Shown piece by piece: positions 9,272 through 16,950 of a DNA stretch of 48,743 nt; position 1 is the first letter of the stretch, and the number at the start of each line of letters is the position of its first letter. The notes below the pieces were generated by a model, which was not told the DNA's origin, ran no database searches, and was given only the letters and a program-made list of their open reading frames with translations. Made by a program: the position numbers and the translations under genes. Source of the DNA: a virus (lineage: Duplodnaviria > Caudoviricetes); IMG/VR virus record IMGVR_UViG_3300049187_000106, positions 1 through 48,743 of that record. One strand, given 5' to 3'.

Positions 9272-9514
9272 CTATTTAATTGGTTCCCACGCGTAAACTA
9301 TCCACTGACTGTATGGTACTTTATCTTCTGAAAGAAACATTTCATCCCTTTCCAGAAATTCGCCTTTTAACCAAAGTTCATTGTATACCATAAACCAAAT
9401 CTTTTGATTATCGGATGGTAAACTGGATCGATCAAGTTTTACCCTTGTCGCATTTGACCCATTCGGTTGTACATCTCCTGAAGCCGCTTCCTTAATATTT
9501 TTACTTTCTCCCAT
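9272..9514 (-). CDS. Hypothetical protein (start uncertain)
   Basis: ORF filling a gap in the operon; overlaps the HNH gene. Confidence 0.45.
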   Translation of the reverse strand: MGESKNIKEAASGDVQPNGSNATRVKLDRSSLPSDNQKIWFMVYNELWLKGEFLERDEMFLSEDKVPYSQWIVYAWEPIK

Positions 9515-9933
9515 TGTTCTCCTGTTGGCATTCCAAACTCCCAAATAAAATGCTCCTCCTTTGTCATGAGAAGAACATTAACTTCTTCATGTCTAAACCT
9601 CGGATAATTTCCTTTCGGAAGAATATGACTCATATACCAGCGTTCCATCTTGTCAGGCAATGGATCTCCGGAAACTTCGCTTTTATGTGGGCGCTTTTTC
9701 CAGATTTCCTCGTAAAATTTCTGATCCAGAGCGCTCACTTTTTTACCCTTCTCAGAAAATCTACTTATCCCCGAATACCCCTTCTCCTTCTTTTGCTGTT
9801 TGGCTTTTTCAATTGCTTCGGCTGCCTTCTGTTGTCTGTAATGATTGAGGCAGATTCCTTTCGCTCGACTTATCAATCTTTGCTCTGCCCCGTCATTACA
9901 GATTTTACAAACACCTAAAACAACTATTGCCAT
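9439..9933 (-). CDS. HNH-like nuclease (NinG/Rap-like)
   Basis: N-terminal CKIC..CLNH; SEVSG..SHILPKG.YP..RH...N..L....H. Confidence 0.65.
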   Translation of the reverse strand: MAIVVLGVCKICNDGAEQRLISRAKGICLNHYRQQKAAEAIEKAKQQKKEKGYSGISRFSEKGKKVSALDQKFYEEIWKKRPHKSEVSGDPLPDKMERWYMSHILPKGNYPRFRHEEVNVLLMTKEEHFIWEFGMPTGEQWEKVKILRKRLQEMYNRMGQMRQG

Positions 9934-9934
9934 C

Positions 9935-10240
9935 TTATTTTTTTCTTTTCAATCTCTGGATATACCGATCATAAAAAGACTTAATATCTTTGTGTAAACT
10001 CACCAGGTACATTTTTTCACTCTGGTTAAGATGTTCACTCCGATTAATCTGTCTGATAAGCTCAGTTTGCTTTGTAGACATCTCTTTCAGGAAATCAACA
10101 TCTGTGAACCTCGGAGCCGGTGCATTACGAAGGATCTCCTCCGCAAGCAAAACCTGATTTGTTTTGGGACGATTAGGATAGTGATGCTTTTTCCAAAGAA
10201 TCACTATCTCTCTCGCGGCCGCCTCCGTCATGCTCATCAA
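9935..10240 (-). CDS. Hypothetical protein
   Basis: 101-aa ORF coupled to the csp gene. Confidence 0.65.
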   Translation of the reverse strand: MMSMTEAAAREIVILWKKHHYPNRPKTNQVLLAEEILRNAPAPRFTDVDFLKEMSTKQTELIRQINRSEHLNQSEKMYLVSLHKDIKSFYDRYIQRLKRKK

Positions 10241-10425
10241 ATACGTCTGATGTTTATAGCGTTCACTCCCTTCTTACCCTGCTCAGTTTCGAACTCCACC
10301 TTGTCGTTCTCACGAACCATTGTTTTACCTAATGAGGTCTTGTGGAAGAATACATCATCACCATTCTCAGCGACGATGAATCCATAACCTTTAGAGGAAT
10401 TGTAAAATTTAATTGAACCTTTCAT
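10237..10425 (-). CDS. Cold-shock domain protein
   Basis: RNP1 KGYGFI, RNP2 VFFH, 62 aa. Confidence 0.95.
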   Translation of the reverse strand: MKGSIKFYNSSKGYGFIVAENGDDVFFHKTSLGKTMVRENDKVEFETEQGKKGVNAINIRRI

Positions 10426-10446
10426 TGTACTATAGTTTAAAGTTAG

Positions 10447-10520
10447 TAGCGGGGGCAGGACTCGAACCTGCGACCTCCGAATTATGAGCCCGGCGTGCTG
10501 ACCATCTGCACTACCCCGCG
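10447..10520 (-). tRNA. tRNA-Met(CAT), initiator-like with atypical anticodon stem; CCA not encoded
   Basis: Cloverleaf CGCGGGG-TA-GTGC/GCAC-CCGGG CTCATAA TTCGG-AGGTC-GCAGG TTCGAGT CCTGC-CCCCGCT-A; C1:U72 mismatch. Confidence 0.93.
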
Positions 10521-10523
10521 ATG

Positions 10524-10574
10524 TCCTCCCTGTGATAAATTACATTTGCACGTTTCTTTTAAACACAGGGAGGA
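10524..10574. repeat. 11-bp inverted repeat immediately 5' of the tRNA
   Basis: TCCTCCCTGTG (10524-10534) / CACAGGGAGGA (10564-10574). Confidence 0.6.
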
Positions 10575-10579
10575 TTTTT

Positions 10580-11185
10580 TTAGTCAGCGATTGCCGCTTC
10601 AAGAAGATCTGTGATGGAAATATTTTCCATCTCTTCTACATCTTTAGTATCGACGATGTCGAACTTCGCACCTTTCAGATCATCATCAAGCGACTTCAAG
10701 AAAGTACGCGCTGCCGCATCTTTACCGATTTGAACGAAAGTGATACCAGTTTCTGAATCATCAGACATACTATTTGCGTGATCAGTGATCACTTTTGCAA
10801 GAGCTGCCTTATCATCAGGAATACCATCGGTAACTACTACTACAAGTAGATTTTTAGTACTTCCAGCAGCTTTCTTCGCTTTATAAGCGTCAAGAGCAGC
10901 AGCAAGAGCGCCTGCAGTGTTAGTTGAACCTCCCGGACTAACTTCCTGGAAGATCTGAGCCACTTTGTCTGCAGTCACACCGTTGAATACTTTGTGTGTT
11001 GCACCGAAAGTGATAACATCAATTCCATCAGTATCGAACTGACCAGCTTTAGCGGCGATTGATTCAGCGTACTCACGCGCCTGCTCCCAACGGGTTTTTC
11101 CACCAGGACCGTCACCAGTTTCCATACTTCCAGATTTGTCGATTAGAACGACGAAATCATAATTTGATAGATTATTCTTATCCAT
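10580..11185 (-). CDS. von Willebrand factor A (vWA) domain protein
   Basis: MIDAS motif IDKSGSM, GGSTNT, VVTDG. Confidence 0.92.
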   Translation of the reverse strand: MDKNNLSNYDFVVLIDKSGSMETGDGPGGKTRWEQAREYAESIAAKAGQFDTDGIDVITFGATHKVFNGVTADKVAQIFQEVSPGGSTNTAGALAAALDAYKAKKAAGSTKNLLVVVVTDGIPDDKAALAKVITDHANSMSDDSETGITFVQIGKDAAARTFLKSLDDDLKGAKFDIVDTKDVEEMENISITDLLEAAIAD

Positions 11186-11233
11186 TATATCAGCTCTGTT
11201 GGCCTGTACACAGAAAGGTTTTAGGTAAAATTT

Positions 11234-11521
11234 TTATCTAAGCATTGCCGCAAGTGCAGCCAATGGATTATCATTTCTCTGAGAAAAGGCACCGATGGTA
11301 TAAGCCATGAATGCTATCTCTTCGATACTTTCGGCTTTTTCTGTAGCCTTTGAAATAGCGGTAACAAAATCGTTACTTTCTTTTACCGCCTCTCTAATTA
11401 TTACTGCCATTTGCATAGCTCTTTCTTCAGTGACGCCTAATGCACTGTAGAGATTATTCCCTTCCGGTATTCGCTTTACCTTAAATTGGGGGGGGGTAGC
11501 AACATTTTCTAAATTATCCAT
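11234..11521 (-). CDS. Hypothetical protein with an in-frame C9 tract near its 5' end
   Basis: 95-aa ORF; G9 on the plus strand at 11488-11496. Confidence 0.7.
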   Translation of the reverse strand: MDNLENVATPPQFKVKRIPEGNNLYSALGVTEERAMQMAVIIREAVKESNDFVTAISKATEKAESIEEIAFMAYTIGAFSQRNDNPLAALAAMLR

Positions 11522-11626
11522 TGTATCAGCTCGGTTTACCTATTACCGAAAGGGTTTAGTTTATTTATATAAGTTCTTCGGACCAGATTATTATTATGGC
11601 AATAACCCCGTATGCGAGAAATTCCA

Positions 11627-11989
11627 TTACCAATCACTTCCTCCGCCACCACCGCCGGAATCACCTCCACTATTGCCTGAGTCAGATCCTGTACTTCCAG
11701 AATCGTATGAGGGACCAGAGTCGTAGGAACCAGAATCAGAACCGAAGGATGGAGTAAAATCTATACTGTTACTTGATGGTTTATAGGTATCATCATCATT
11801 ACGTTCAGATTGAATATCTCTGGTATTTTTATGTCGAATGTCAAGAGGCTTTACCTGGAACTGAAAATTCTTTCTCTCTTCCTCAGGAAGGTCGAAATAT
11901 TCTAATCCATCAATCACCTGATTCAGGTGGTAAGTCTTCTTAAAAAGAAATCCCTTTTTTGATCTGAAAGCTGTTATACACACGTACAT
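11627..11989 (-). CDS. Hypothetical protein with Ser/Gly/Asp low-complexity tail ending GGGGGGSDW
   Basis: Translated ORF. Confidence 0.7.
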   Translation of the reverse strand: MYVCITAFRSKKGFLFKKTYHLNQVIDGLEYFDLPEEERKNFQFQVKPLDIRHKNTRDIQSERNDDDTYKPSSNSIDFTPSFGSDSGSYDSGPSYDSGSTGSDSGNSGGDSGGGGGGSDW

Positions 11990-12000
11990 AATACTATCGT

Positions 12001-12243
12001 TTAATTTCTGTAATGCTCTTGTATCTCACGGATCGATTCCACATGGTTTTCCTTTGTGTGAAAGGTTTCGATGATCGTCACTAATTGTTCATCAATCAGA
12101 CCGAGGATCATCGGAAACACATTCACTACCTCCGGAAAAATTTCTTTAATCATATCCTCCGTGATTTCCATCTTTGATGGAATATTATCCCTCCTGTAAT
12201 TCACTACGCCCTGTGCGTAGTTTGTAATGTAAATACTGCTCAT
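12001..12243 (-). CDS. Hypothetical protein
   Basis: 80-aa ORF coupled to the antirepressor. Confidence 0.65.
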   Translation of the reverse strand: MSSIYITNYAQGVVNYRRDNIPSKMEITEDMIKEIFPEVVNVFPMILGLIDEQLVTIIETFHTKENHVESIREIQEHYRN

Positions 12244-12839
12244 GCTGCACCCTGTTGTAATATTTCCCGCTTCATTATTAAATCCATTATATATTTCAGT
12301 CCCTTCGGAGTCACCATCGTTCTGGCGTAGTGCAGTATCTTCCCATCAAGACGATGGAACTTTGCACTGATCACTTTGAAGTACCCTTCCTCGACATAGT
12401 TCTGCATCGGAATATTCCTTTTATTAATAACCTTCGATTCGCGAAGCACTTTGAACAATTCATTGGGACCATGTTTCAGGTTTACAATCTTTGCCGCCTC
12501 ATTCACCGTGATCACTGTATCGTCATTCATATCCATTTCAGGAATCACTTCTTTATAATCGATCATATCTCGGATCTGCATGTAAGCCTGTTTCGCACGA
12601 TCATTTCTAAAAGCCACACACACTGCAGAGGCAGAGGTCGGAGTCAACAGGATATCCACATGACCACCGTCTGAGGTCGTTTTAAACATATCCTCTCCCA
12701 TCGTTAGAAGATGATGTCCGGAACAGAAAGCAATCCAGGCTCCCACTTGTTCACCGGTACCACTCGTAAGGAAGGCGTATAAGTTCCGGGCGGATATCAC
12801 CGGTGTACCATTATATTCCATGTAGGTAAGCGTATTCAT
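12240..12839 (-). CDS. Phage antirepressor (AntA/AntB-like N-terminus, KilAC/ANT C-terminus)
   Basis: ISARNLYAFL; TVNEAAK..G.N.LF..LR..N.P.Q.YV..GYF..T.VTPKG. Confidence 0.85.
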   Translation of the reverse strand: MNTLTYMEYNGTPVISARNLYAFLTSGTGEQVGAWIAFCSGHHLLTMGEDMFKTTSDGGHVDILLTPTSASAVCVAFRNDRAKQAYMQIRDMIDYKEVIPEMDMNDDTVITVNEAAKIVNLKHGPNELFKVLRESKVINKRNIPMQNYVEEGYFKVISAKFHRLDGKILHYARTMVTPKGLKYIMDLIMKREILQQGAA

Positions 12840-13468
12840 TATTCCTTATCGAAATCCTTTAAGAATATCACATAAGCCTTCAGTGAAAGGAACATCGCAT
12901 GGATCTTCGCAAAATCCTTAGTTCCGCGCTTCGTTTCAAATTCCTCAGTACCTGCAAACCAGGCATCCCACTCCTCCATCGTTTTCTCCTTACAGCCGAT
13001 CTTAACCCTGCCGTCCGGCATCACACCACACACCCGCCACTTACAGTGAGGATTCATAACGCCTCCAAGGAATTCGCCTCCAAGGAAGTAGCCTCCACGG
13101 AATTCGCCTCCAAGGAATTCGCCTCCAAGGAATTCGCCTCCAAGGAAGTAGCCTCCACGGAATTCGCCTCCACGGAATTCGCCTCCAAGGAAGTAGCCTC
13201 CACGGAATTCGCCTCCAAGGAAGTAGCCTCCAAGGAATTCGCCTCCAAGGAATTCGCCTCCAAGGAAGTAGCCTCCACGGAATTCGCCTCCAAGGAATTC
13301 GCCTCCACGGAATTCGCCTCCACGGAATTCGCCTCCAAGGAAGTAGCCTCCACGGAATTCGCCTCCTTTCCAGATCAGATTACCGTAGATATCCCAATCC
13401 ACATCCTCATTGAAGGTGTCAGCCTTTACAAGCCACTCAGGACAATTTTTTAATTCACTTTTTTTCAT
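12839..13468 (-). CDS. Pentapeptide-repeat protein, 20x GG(E/Y)F(R/L), with DUF5758-like C-terminus
   Basis: Repeat block followed by VKIGC...EEW. Confidence 0.8.
   Translation of the reverse strand: MKKSELKNCPEWLVKADTFNEDVDWDIYGNLIWKGGEFRGGYFLGGEFRGGEFRGGEFLGGEFRGGYFLGGEFLGGEFLGGYFLGGEFRGGYFLGGEFRGGEFRGGYFLGGEFLGGEFLGGEFRGGYFLGGEFLGGVMNPHCKWRVCGVMPDGRVKIGCKEKTMEEWDAWFAGTEEFETKRGTKDFAKIHAMFLSLKAYVIFLKDFDKE
13061..13366. repeat. 15-bp coding tandem repeat, 20 units of three variants
   Basis: GCCTCCACGGAATTC x8, GCCTCCAAGGAATTC x6, GCCTCCAAGGAAGTA x6. Confidence 0.97.
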
Positions 13469-13755
13469 TGTACAGCGGTTAAAATTTTATTAATAGTTTC
13501 ATTCAATGCAGGTGTTACAGACAATTCATCGCACAGGCGTCTGTGAGCCTGCAATACACTATTACCCTTCTGCTTATAATACTTCGCAATTGTATAGAAG
13601 GAATAACCTGACTCCTTCGCGACATACGTGGTAACATTCCGGACTCTGGATAAATCATGAGCCTTCTTCTTACTCTTTAGCTCAGATGGTTTACTCTTTT
13701 GCAAAGGGTAATATTCTAGCACCACAGCCTCTATATCTGCAATTGACTTGTCCAT
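13465..13755 (-). CDS. DnaA domain IV-like helix-turn-helix protein (likely start 13755)
   Basis: LKSKKK...SRVRNVTTYVA...YSFYTIA.......SVLQA resembles Bac_DnaA_C. Confidence 0.6.
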   Translation of the reverse strand: MDKSIADIEAVVLEYYPLQKSKPSELKSKKKAHDLSRVRNVTTYVAKESGYSFYTIAKYYKQKGNSVLQAHRRLCDELSVTPALNETINKILTAVQ

Positions 13756-13771
13756 TTCTGTTCTATGAATT

Positions 13772-14269
13772 CTATCCCTCGAAGAGAGAACTAGGCTTTT
13801 TTTTTGGATTACTATCCATGTAGTCATTCACTGCGCTTTCAATCTTATCCTTGATCACGCCTTCCCACTTGTCATTTATATCAGGAGGTTCTGAGTCCAT
13901 CGGAACATCAATCTCCTGTGCGTACCTGGCTACCGAATAAGGAAGCATTATGCAGAATCCAAACATAGGTACCATACCCCAACCGATTCCCTCCTGTATG
14001 ATGTAATAATATGCCGATACCGTAATTTCAAAATATGCGAAGTAGAGCGCCACCTTTAAGTTCTTACGAACCGTGAAGATTGTAATCGATGCAGCCACAA
14101 TCAGCGCTACCAGACCACTAAAGATCTCCCTGAAAGGAGAGAGATACACGCAGTACTTATGGTATACAAAGTAACTATTCGGAGACAGAGCTATTACAGT
14201 CGCTATCGCCACATAAAGGATGAACCTCGTGGAGCGGATGAAATCAAGTAATTTAATCTCCTCTTTCAT
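13772..14269 (-). CDS. Membrane protein (about 4 TM segments)
   Basis: Four hydrophobic stretches; likely start MKEEIK. Confidence 0.7.
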   Translation of the reverse strand: MKEEIKLLDFIRSTRFILYVAIATVIALSPNSYFVYHKYCVYLSPFREIFSGLVALIVAASITIFTVRKNLKVALYFAYFEITVSAYYYIIQEGIGWGMVPMFGFCIMLPYSVARYAQEIDVPMDSEPPDINDKWEGVIKDKIESAVNDYMDSNPKKKPSSLFEG

Positions 14270-14323
14270 CTCAATAACAGATAAGCAATAAAAGCCCAAA
14301 ATAATACCTCGTAGAAAGTCATG

Positions 14324-14608
14324 TTATTTACCTTTTTGTCTGTAATGCTGAATTCTTTTTATTCCTACACAAACAGGATAACCAAGTTCATCCTTCTCCA
14401 TAATTGGAGCCTCCTGAATCACCCTGTGAAATGCCATCTGTGATGAGACAGATAAGGAGCAACGTTTATTATTACCTCTGAACCTCGTCTTTCTGAACCT
14501 GCGAGATGCACGGTTATTAAAAGGACTTATATAAGGGTTCTTTTCCGTTATCGGATTTAAAAGGACTCCATTCTCATCGTACCGTTTTCTGTAAGGAATA
14601 TTTTTCAT
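14324..14608 (-). CDS. Basic hypothetical protein
   Basis: 94-aa ORF (N.PY.K.YDENGVLLNPI). Confidence 0.7.
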   Translation of the reverse strand: MKNIPYRKRYDENGVLLNPITEKNPYISPFNNRASRRFRKTRFRGNNKRCSLSVSSQMAFHRVIQEAPIMEKDELGYPVCVGIKRIQHYRQKGK

Positions 14609-14614
14609 GTATCG

Positions 14615-14785
14615 TTATTTTTTAAACTTTTTAGCGTCATCAGCCAACTGTATCTGGCGCTTCACCCTCTCCCTCTCCTCTTTTAAAATTGATCTGTCCT
14701 CCGCCATAAATCCAGCACGTGAAGACAACTCTGCACCGATCCAGACGATCGCAAGAATTATTAAGAATGTGTAAATGATAGCCAT
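14615..14785 (-). CDS. Small membrane-anchored protein (56 aa, below ORF-track cutoff)
   Basis: Hand translation MAIIYTFLIILAIVWIGAELSSRAGF...KKFKK. Confidence 0.5.
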   Translation of the reverse strand: MAIIYTFLIILAIVWIGAELSSRAGFMAEDRSILKEERERVKRQIQLADDAKKFKK

Positions 14786-14916
14786 AGGTTACTCGTTTAT
14801 TAGTAGTATAATATCTGCGGGTTGTTGATACCCCTTCATCCGAAGAAGAAGGCTCGCCTGTTCAGGAGTTATCTCCTCGTTGTGATATGCCTGTATAATT
14901 TCTGCCATGTTCATTC

Positions 14917-15159
14917 TTATTTTGATTCGGTTTTTAGCGTTTTGACATATTTTTCAAGGGCTTTGATCAATCCTTCGTCTGTTCCGCCACCTGTCATCAT
15001 GTTTCTAAGGAAGAGGGACCAGTAATGAGAGTCATAATCTTTATTTTTGGAAAAGAAGTCTGACATCCAACCCTTTACCGGTTCTAACTTGACTTTTAAA
15101 ACCTTAACCCGCTCCTTCAAAGCCGCTTTTTTCTCAGGTTTTGTTAAAATCTTTGTCAT
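14917..15159 (-). CDS. Putative Cro-like regulator (first gene of the leftward operon)
   Basis: Small basic protein divergent from the repressor; call is positional only. Confidence 0.45.
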   Translation of the reverse strand: MTKILTKPEKKAALKERVKVLKVKLEPVKGWMSDFFSKNKDYDSHYWSLFLRNMMTGGGTDEGLIKALEKYVKTLKTESK

Positions 15160-15304
15160 ATACTTGTTTATTGTTGTTTTTTGGTATAATTTTAGTACTT
15201 AATTCTAGTACTAGTTTTTATTACCTTGTTTTGATATTCAAAGTAAAATAAAAAAACTAGCTATAGCAAGTAAATACTAATAATTAACGTCTAAAGTTAT
15301 CAAC
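15160..15304. promoter_or_regulatory. Divergent lysis/lysogeny switch region
   Basis: AT-rich intergenic region with CTAGTACTAG palindrome (15205-15214) and inverted CTAGTTTTT/AAAAACTAG. Confidence 0.6.
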
Positions 15305-15718
15305 ATGGTATTCAATGGAATGAAAATGAGGGAGTTAAGACGAAGAAAGCGTTTAACTCAACAACAAATGGCGGATTTATTCGAGGAAAAAATCTCCAAA
15401 TCGATGATCGGATTTTATGAAAATGGGGAAGAAATACCTACAGAATCGAGAATACAAGATATTGCAAAGGTTTTGGAAGTAGAGGAATCAGAATTAATGG
15501 GATCGTCTATAGAAAAAAACGCTGATCAGTCAGCATTAGTAGAGGAGTATAGAACGATGCTAGAATTTATGAAAGCTGAAATGACAAAACTTAATGACCA
15601 AAACACTATATTGGTCAAACTTTTGTCGTCAAATTTTCTAAGGGATAACAGAGCATTTGGCCCAGACGGTAAAGTAATTCACCTCTGGCCTGTTATCCAA
15701 AAAGCAGCTGGTTATTAA
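15305..15718 (+). CDS. XRE-family HTH repressor (CI-like, no S24 peptidase domain)
   Basis: MRELRRRKRLTQQQMA...SKSMIGFYENG...P....IAKVLEV. Confidence 0.9.
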   Translation: MVFNGMKMRELRRRKRLTQQQMADLFEEKISKSMIGFYENGEEIPTESRIQDIAKVLEVEESELMGSSIEKNADQSALVEEYRTMLEFMKAEMTKLNDQNTILVKLLSSNFLRDNRAFGPDGKVIHLWPVIQKAAGY

Positions 15719-15859
15719 GCTGCAGGCCCGTCAATAAACCTATGTAGAGGGTTACCGTTCGATTCCCCTTAGCACTACACAGCCTTATTGACGGGATAAC
15801 TTAACTCATTATCCCGTCCTTTTAATTTTTAAAAGGACTTTTACTAGACAGAAACCCTT

Positions 15860-16759
15860 ATGGAACCTCACGTAAGATTTTCTGACTACTATACAGAATT
15901 CGTTAGTACTCAGAAAACACTAATAGACAAAGGTATTACCAGCAATACCTGGAAAACATACCGAAGCAGATCCAATAATTTCAAGCAATTTTTAAATAAG
16001 GAGGGATTACTTCTATTGTCTCCTGACAAAGTTAATATTCGTCTTATTAGAAAATTCGAGGTATATCTGCGTTCGGATCGGAACCATTGTAACGATTATG
16101 TCATGAGAAATCTTCAGTTATTAAAACAAATGCTGAATTACGTCTTAGAAGATGAACTCATAAAATTCAACCCTTTCACCCACTATAAATTTAAATTCCA
16201 GAGGAAAAAGAAAAAGGTTTTCCTGGACCTCAACCAATTAACCAGAATAAAGAGTCTTAACCTACCGGAGGGATCAGATCTGGATCGGAACCGGGATATG
16301 TTCCTCTTTGCCTGTTATACAGGACTCTCCTATTGTGAAATTAAAAGTTTCCAGAAAAAAAATACATACACTGGTCAGGATGGTGCTGAATGGATAAAAA
16401 GAATCCGTCAGAAGCAGGAACGTACAGGAAGCGAATGTATTCTTCCAATGCTTTCAGGTGCCGTTGAAATCCTTAAAAAATATGGTTTCAGTATGCCTGT
16501 TTCTGCACTTCAAAATATGAATTTAAATATTAAAAAAATATGTGCTTTGGCACGAGTGGATAACCCGGAACTATTCAGCACCCGTGCCGGTAGGAAGACC
16601 TTTGGTAATATCCTTGTAAACGATTTCGGTGTTGATATAAAAACGGTTTCCTTTATGATGGGCCATGAGTCTGTAACCACCACAGAGGATTGGTACGTTG
16701 ATGTGAGACCTGTGAAAATAATTAGAGATATGCGGCCAGTCCGCGCAGTGAACTGGTGA
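15860..16759 (+). CDS. int: Tyrosine recombinase/integrase (SAM-like plus catalytic domain, no arm-binding domain)
   Basis: RDMFLFACYTGL, R.K, GRKTF, MMGH...TT..WY. Confidence 0.9.
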   Translation: MEPHVRFSDYYTEFVSTQKTLIDKGITSNTWKTYRSRSNNFKQFLNKEGLLLLSPDKVNIRLIRKFEVYLRSDRNHCNDYVMRNLQLLKQMLNYVLEDELIKFNPFTHYKFKFQRKKKKVFLDLNQLTRIKSLNLPEGSDLDRNRDMFLFACYTGLSYCEIKSFQKKNTYTGQDGAEWIKRIRQKQERTGSECILPMLSGAVEILKKYGFSMPVSALQNMNLNIKKICALARVDNPELFSTRAGRKTFGNILVNDFGVDIKTVSFMMGHESVTTTEDWYVDVRPVKIIRDMRPVRAVNW

Positions 16760-16813
16760 TTCGGTGGGATACATAGTATACGTTTAAGGGTGTATACTTT
16801 TGTTAAAATGGGA

Positions 16814-16840
16814 GGGGGCGGTAATTTTACCGCCCTTTGT
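16814..16840 (+). terminator. Rho-independent terminator after the recombinase
   Basis: GGGCGGTAA-TT-TTACCGCCC followed by TTTGTTGTT. Confidence 0.65.
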
Positions 16841-16877
16841 TGTTATTGATAATCAATGTATTATAATTATTTTAAAA

Positions 16878-16905
16878 TATATTTGTCCTAAAATTAGGAC
16901 AAATA
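16878..16905 (+). promoter_or_regulatory. Bacteroidetes -7 element overlapped by a palindromic operator
   Basis: TATATTTG (TAnnTTTG) at 16878-16885; TATTTGTCCTAA-AA-TTAGGACAAATA at 16880-16905. Confidence 0.6.
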
Positions 16906-16950
16906 GAAAATTATCCTTTACTTTACATCATCAAACTAAAGGACACAAAA

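Noticed and set aside
10541-10548. TACATTTG (-7-like element) in the hairpin loop as an antisense promoter to vWA
   Set aside because: No matching -33 element was seen, and such 8-mers arise by chance in AT-rich DNA
13061-13366. Possible CRISPR array
   Set aside because: The units are contiguous 15-mers with no unique spacers, they stay in frame within a gene, and no cas genes are present
12899-13453. Alternative-frame ORFs with KEFAS and EANSL repeats (12899-13453 +, 13054-13353 -)
   Set aside because: These are by-products of a stop-free 15-bp repeat; only the GGEF frame has sensible flanking domains and coupling to neighbouring genes
15757-15779. Second tRNA gene
   Set aside because: Only a T-loop/3'-like fragment is present, with no D or anticodon arm; kept as a possible att core
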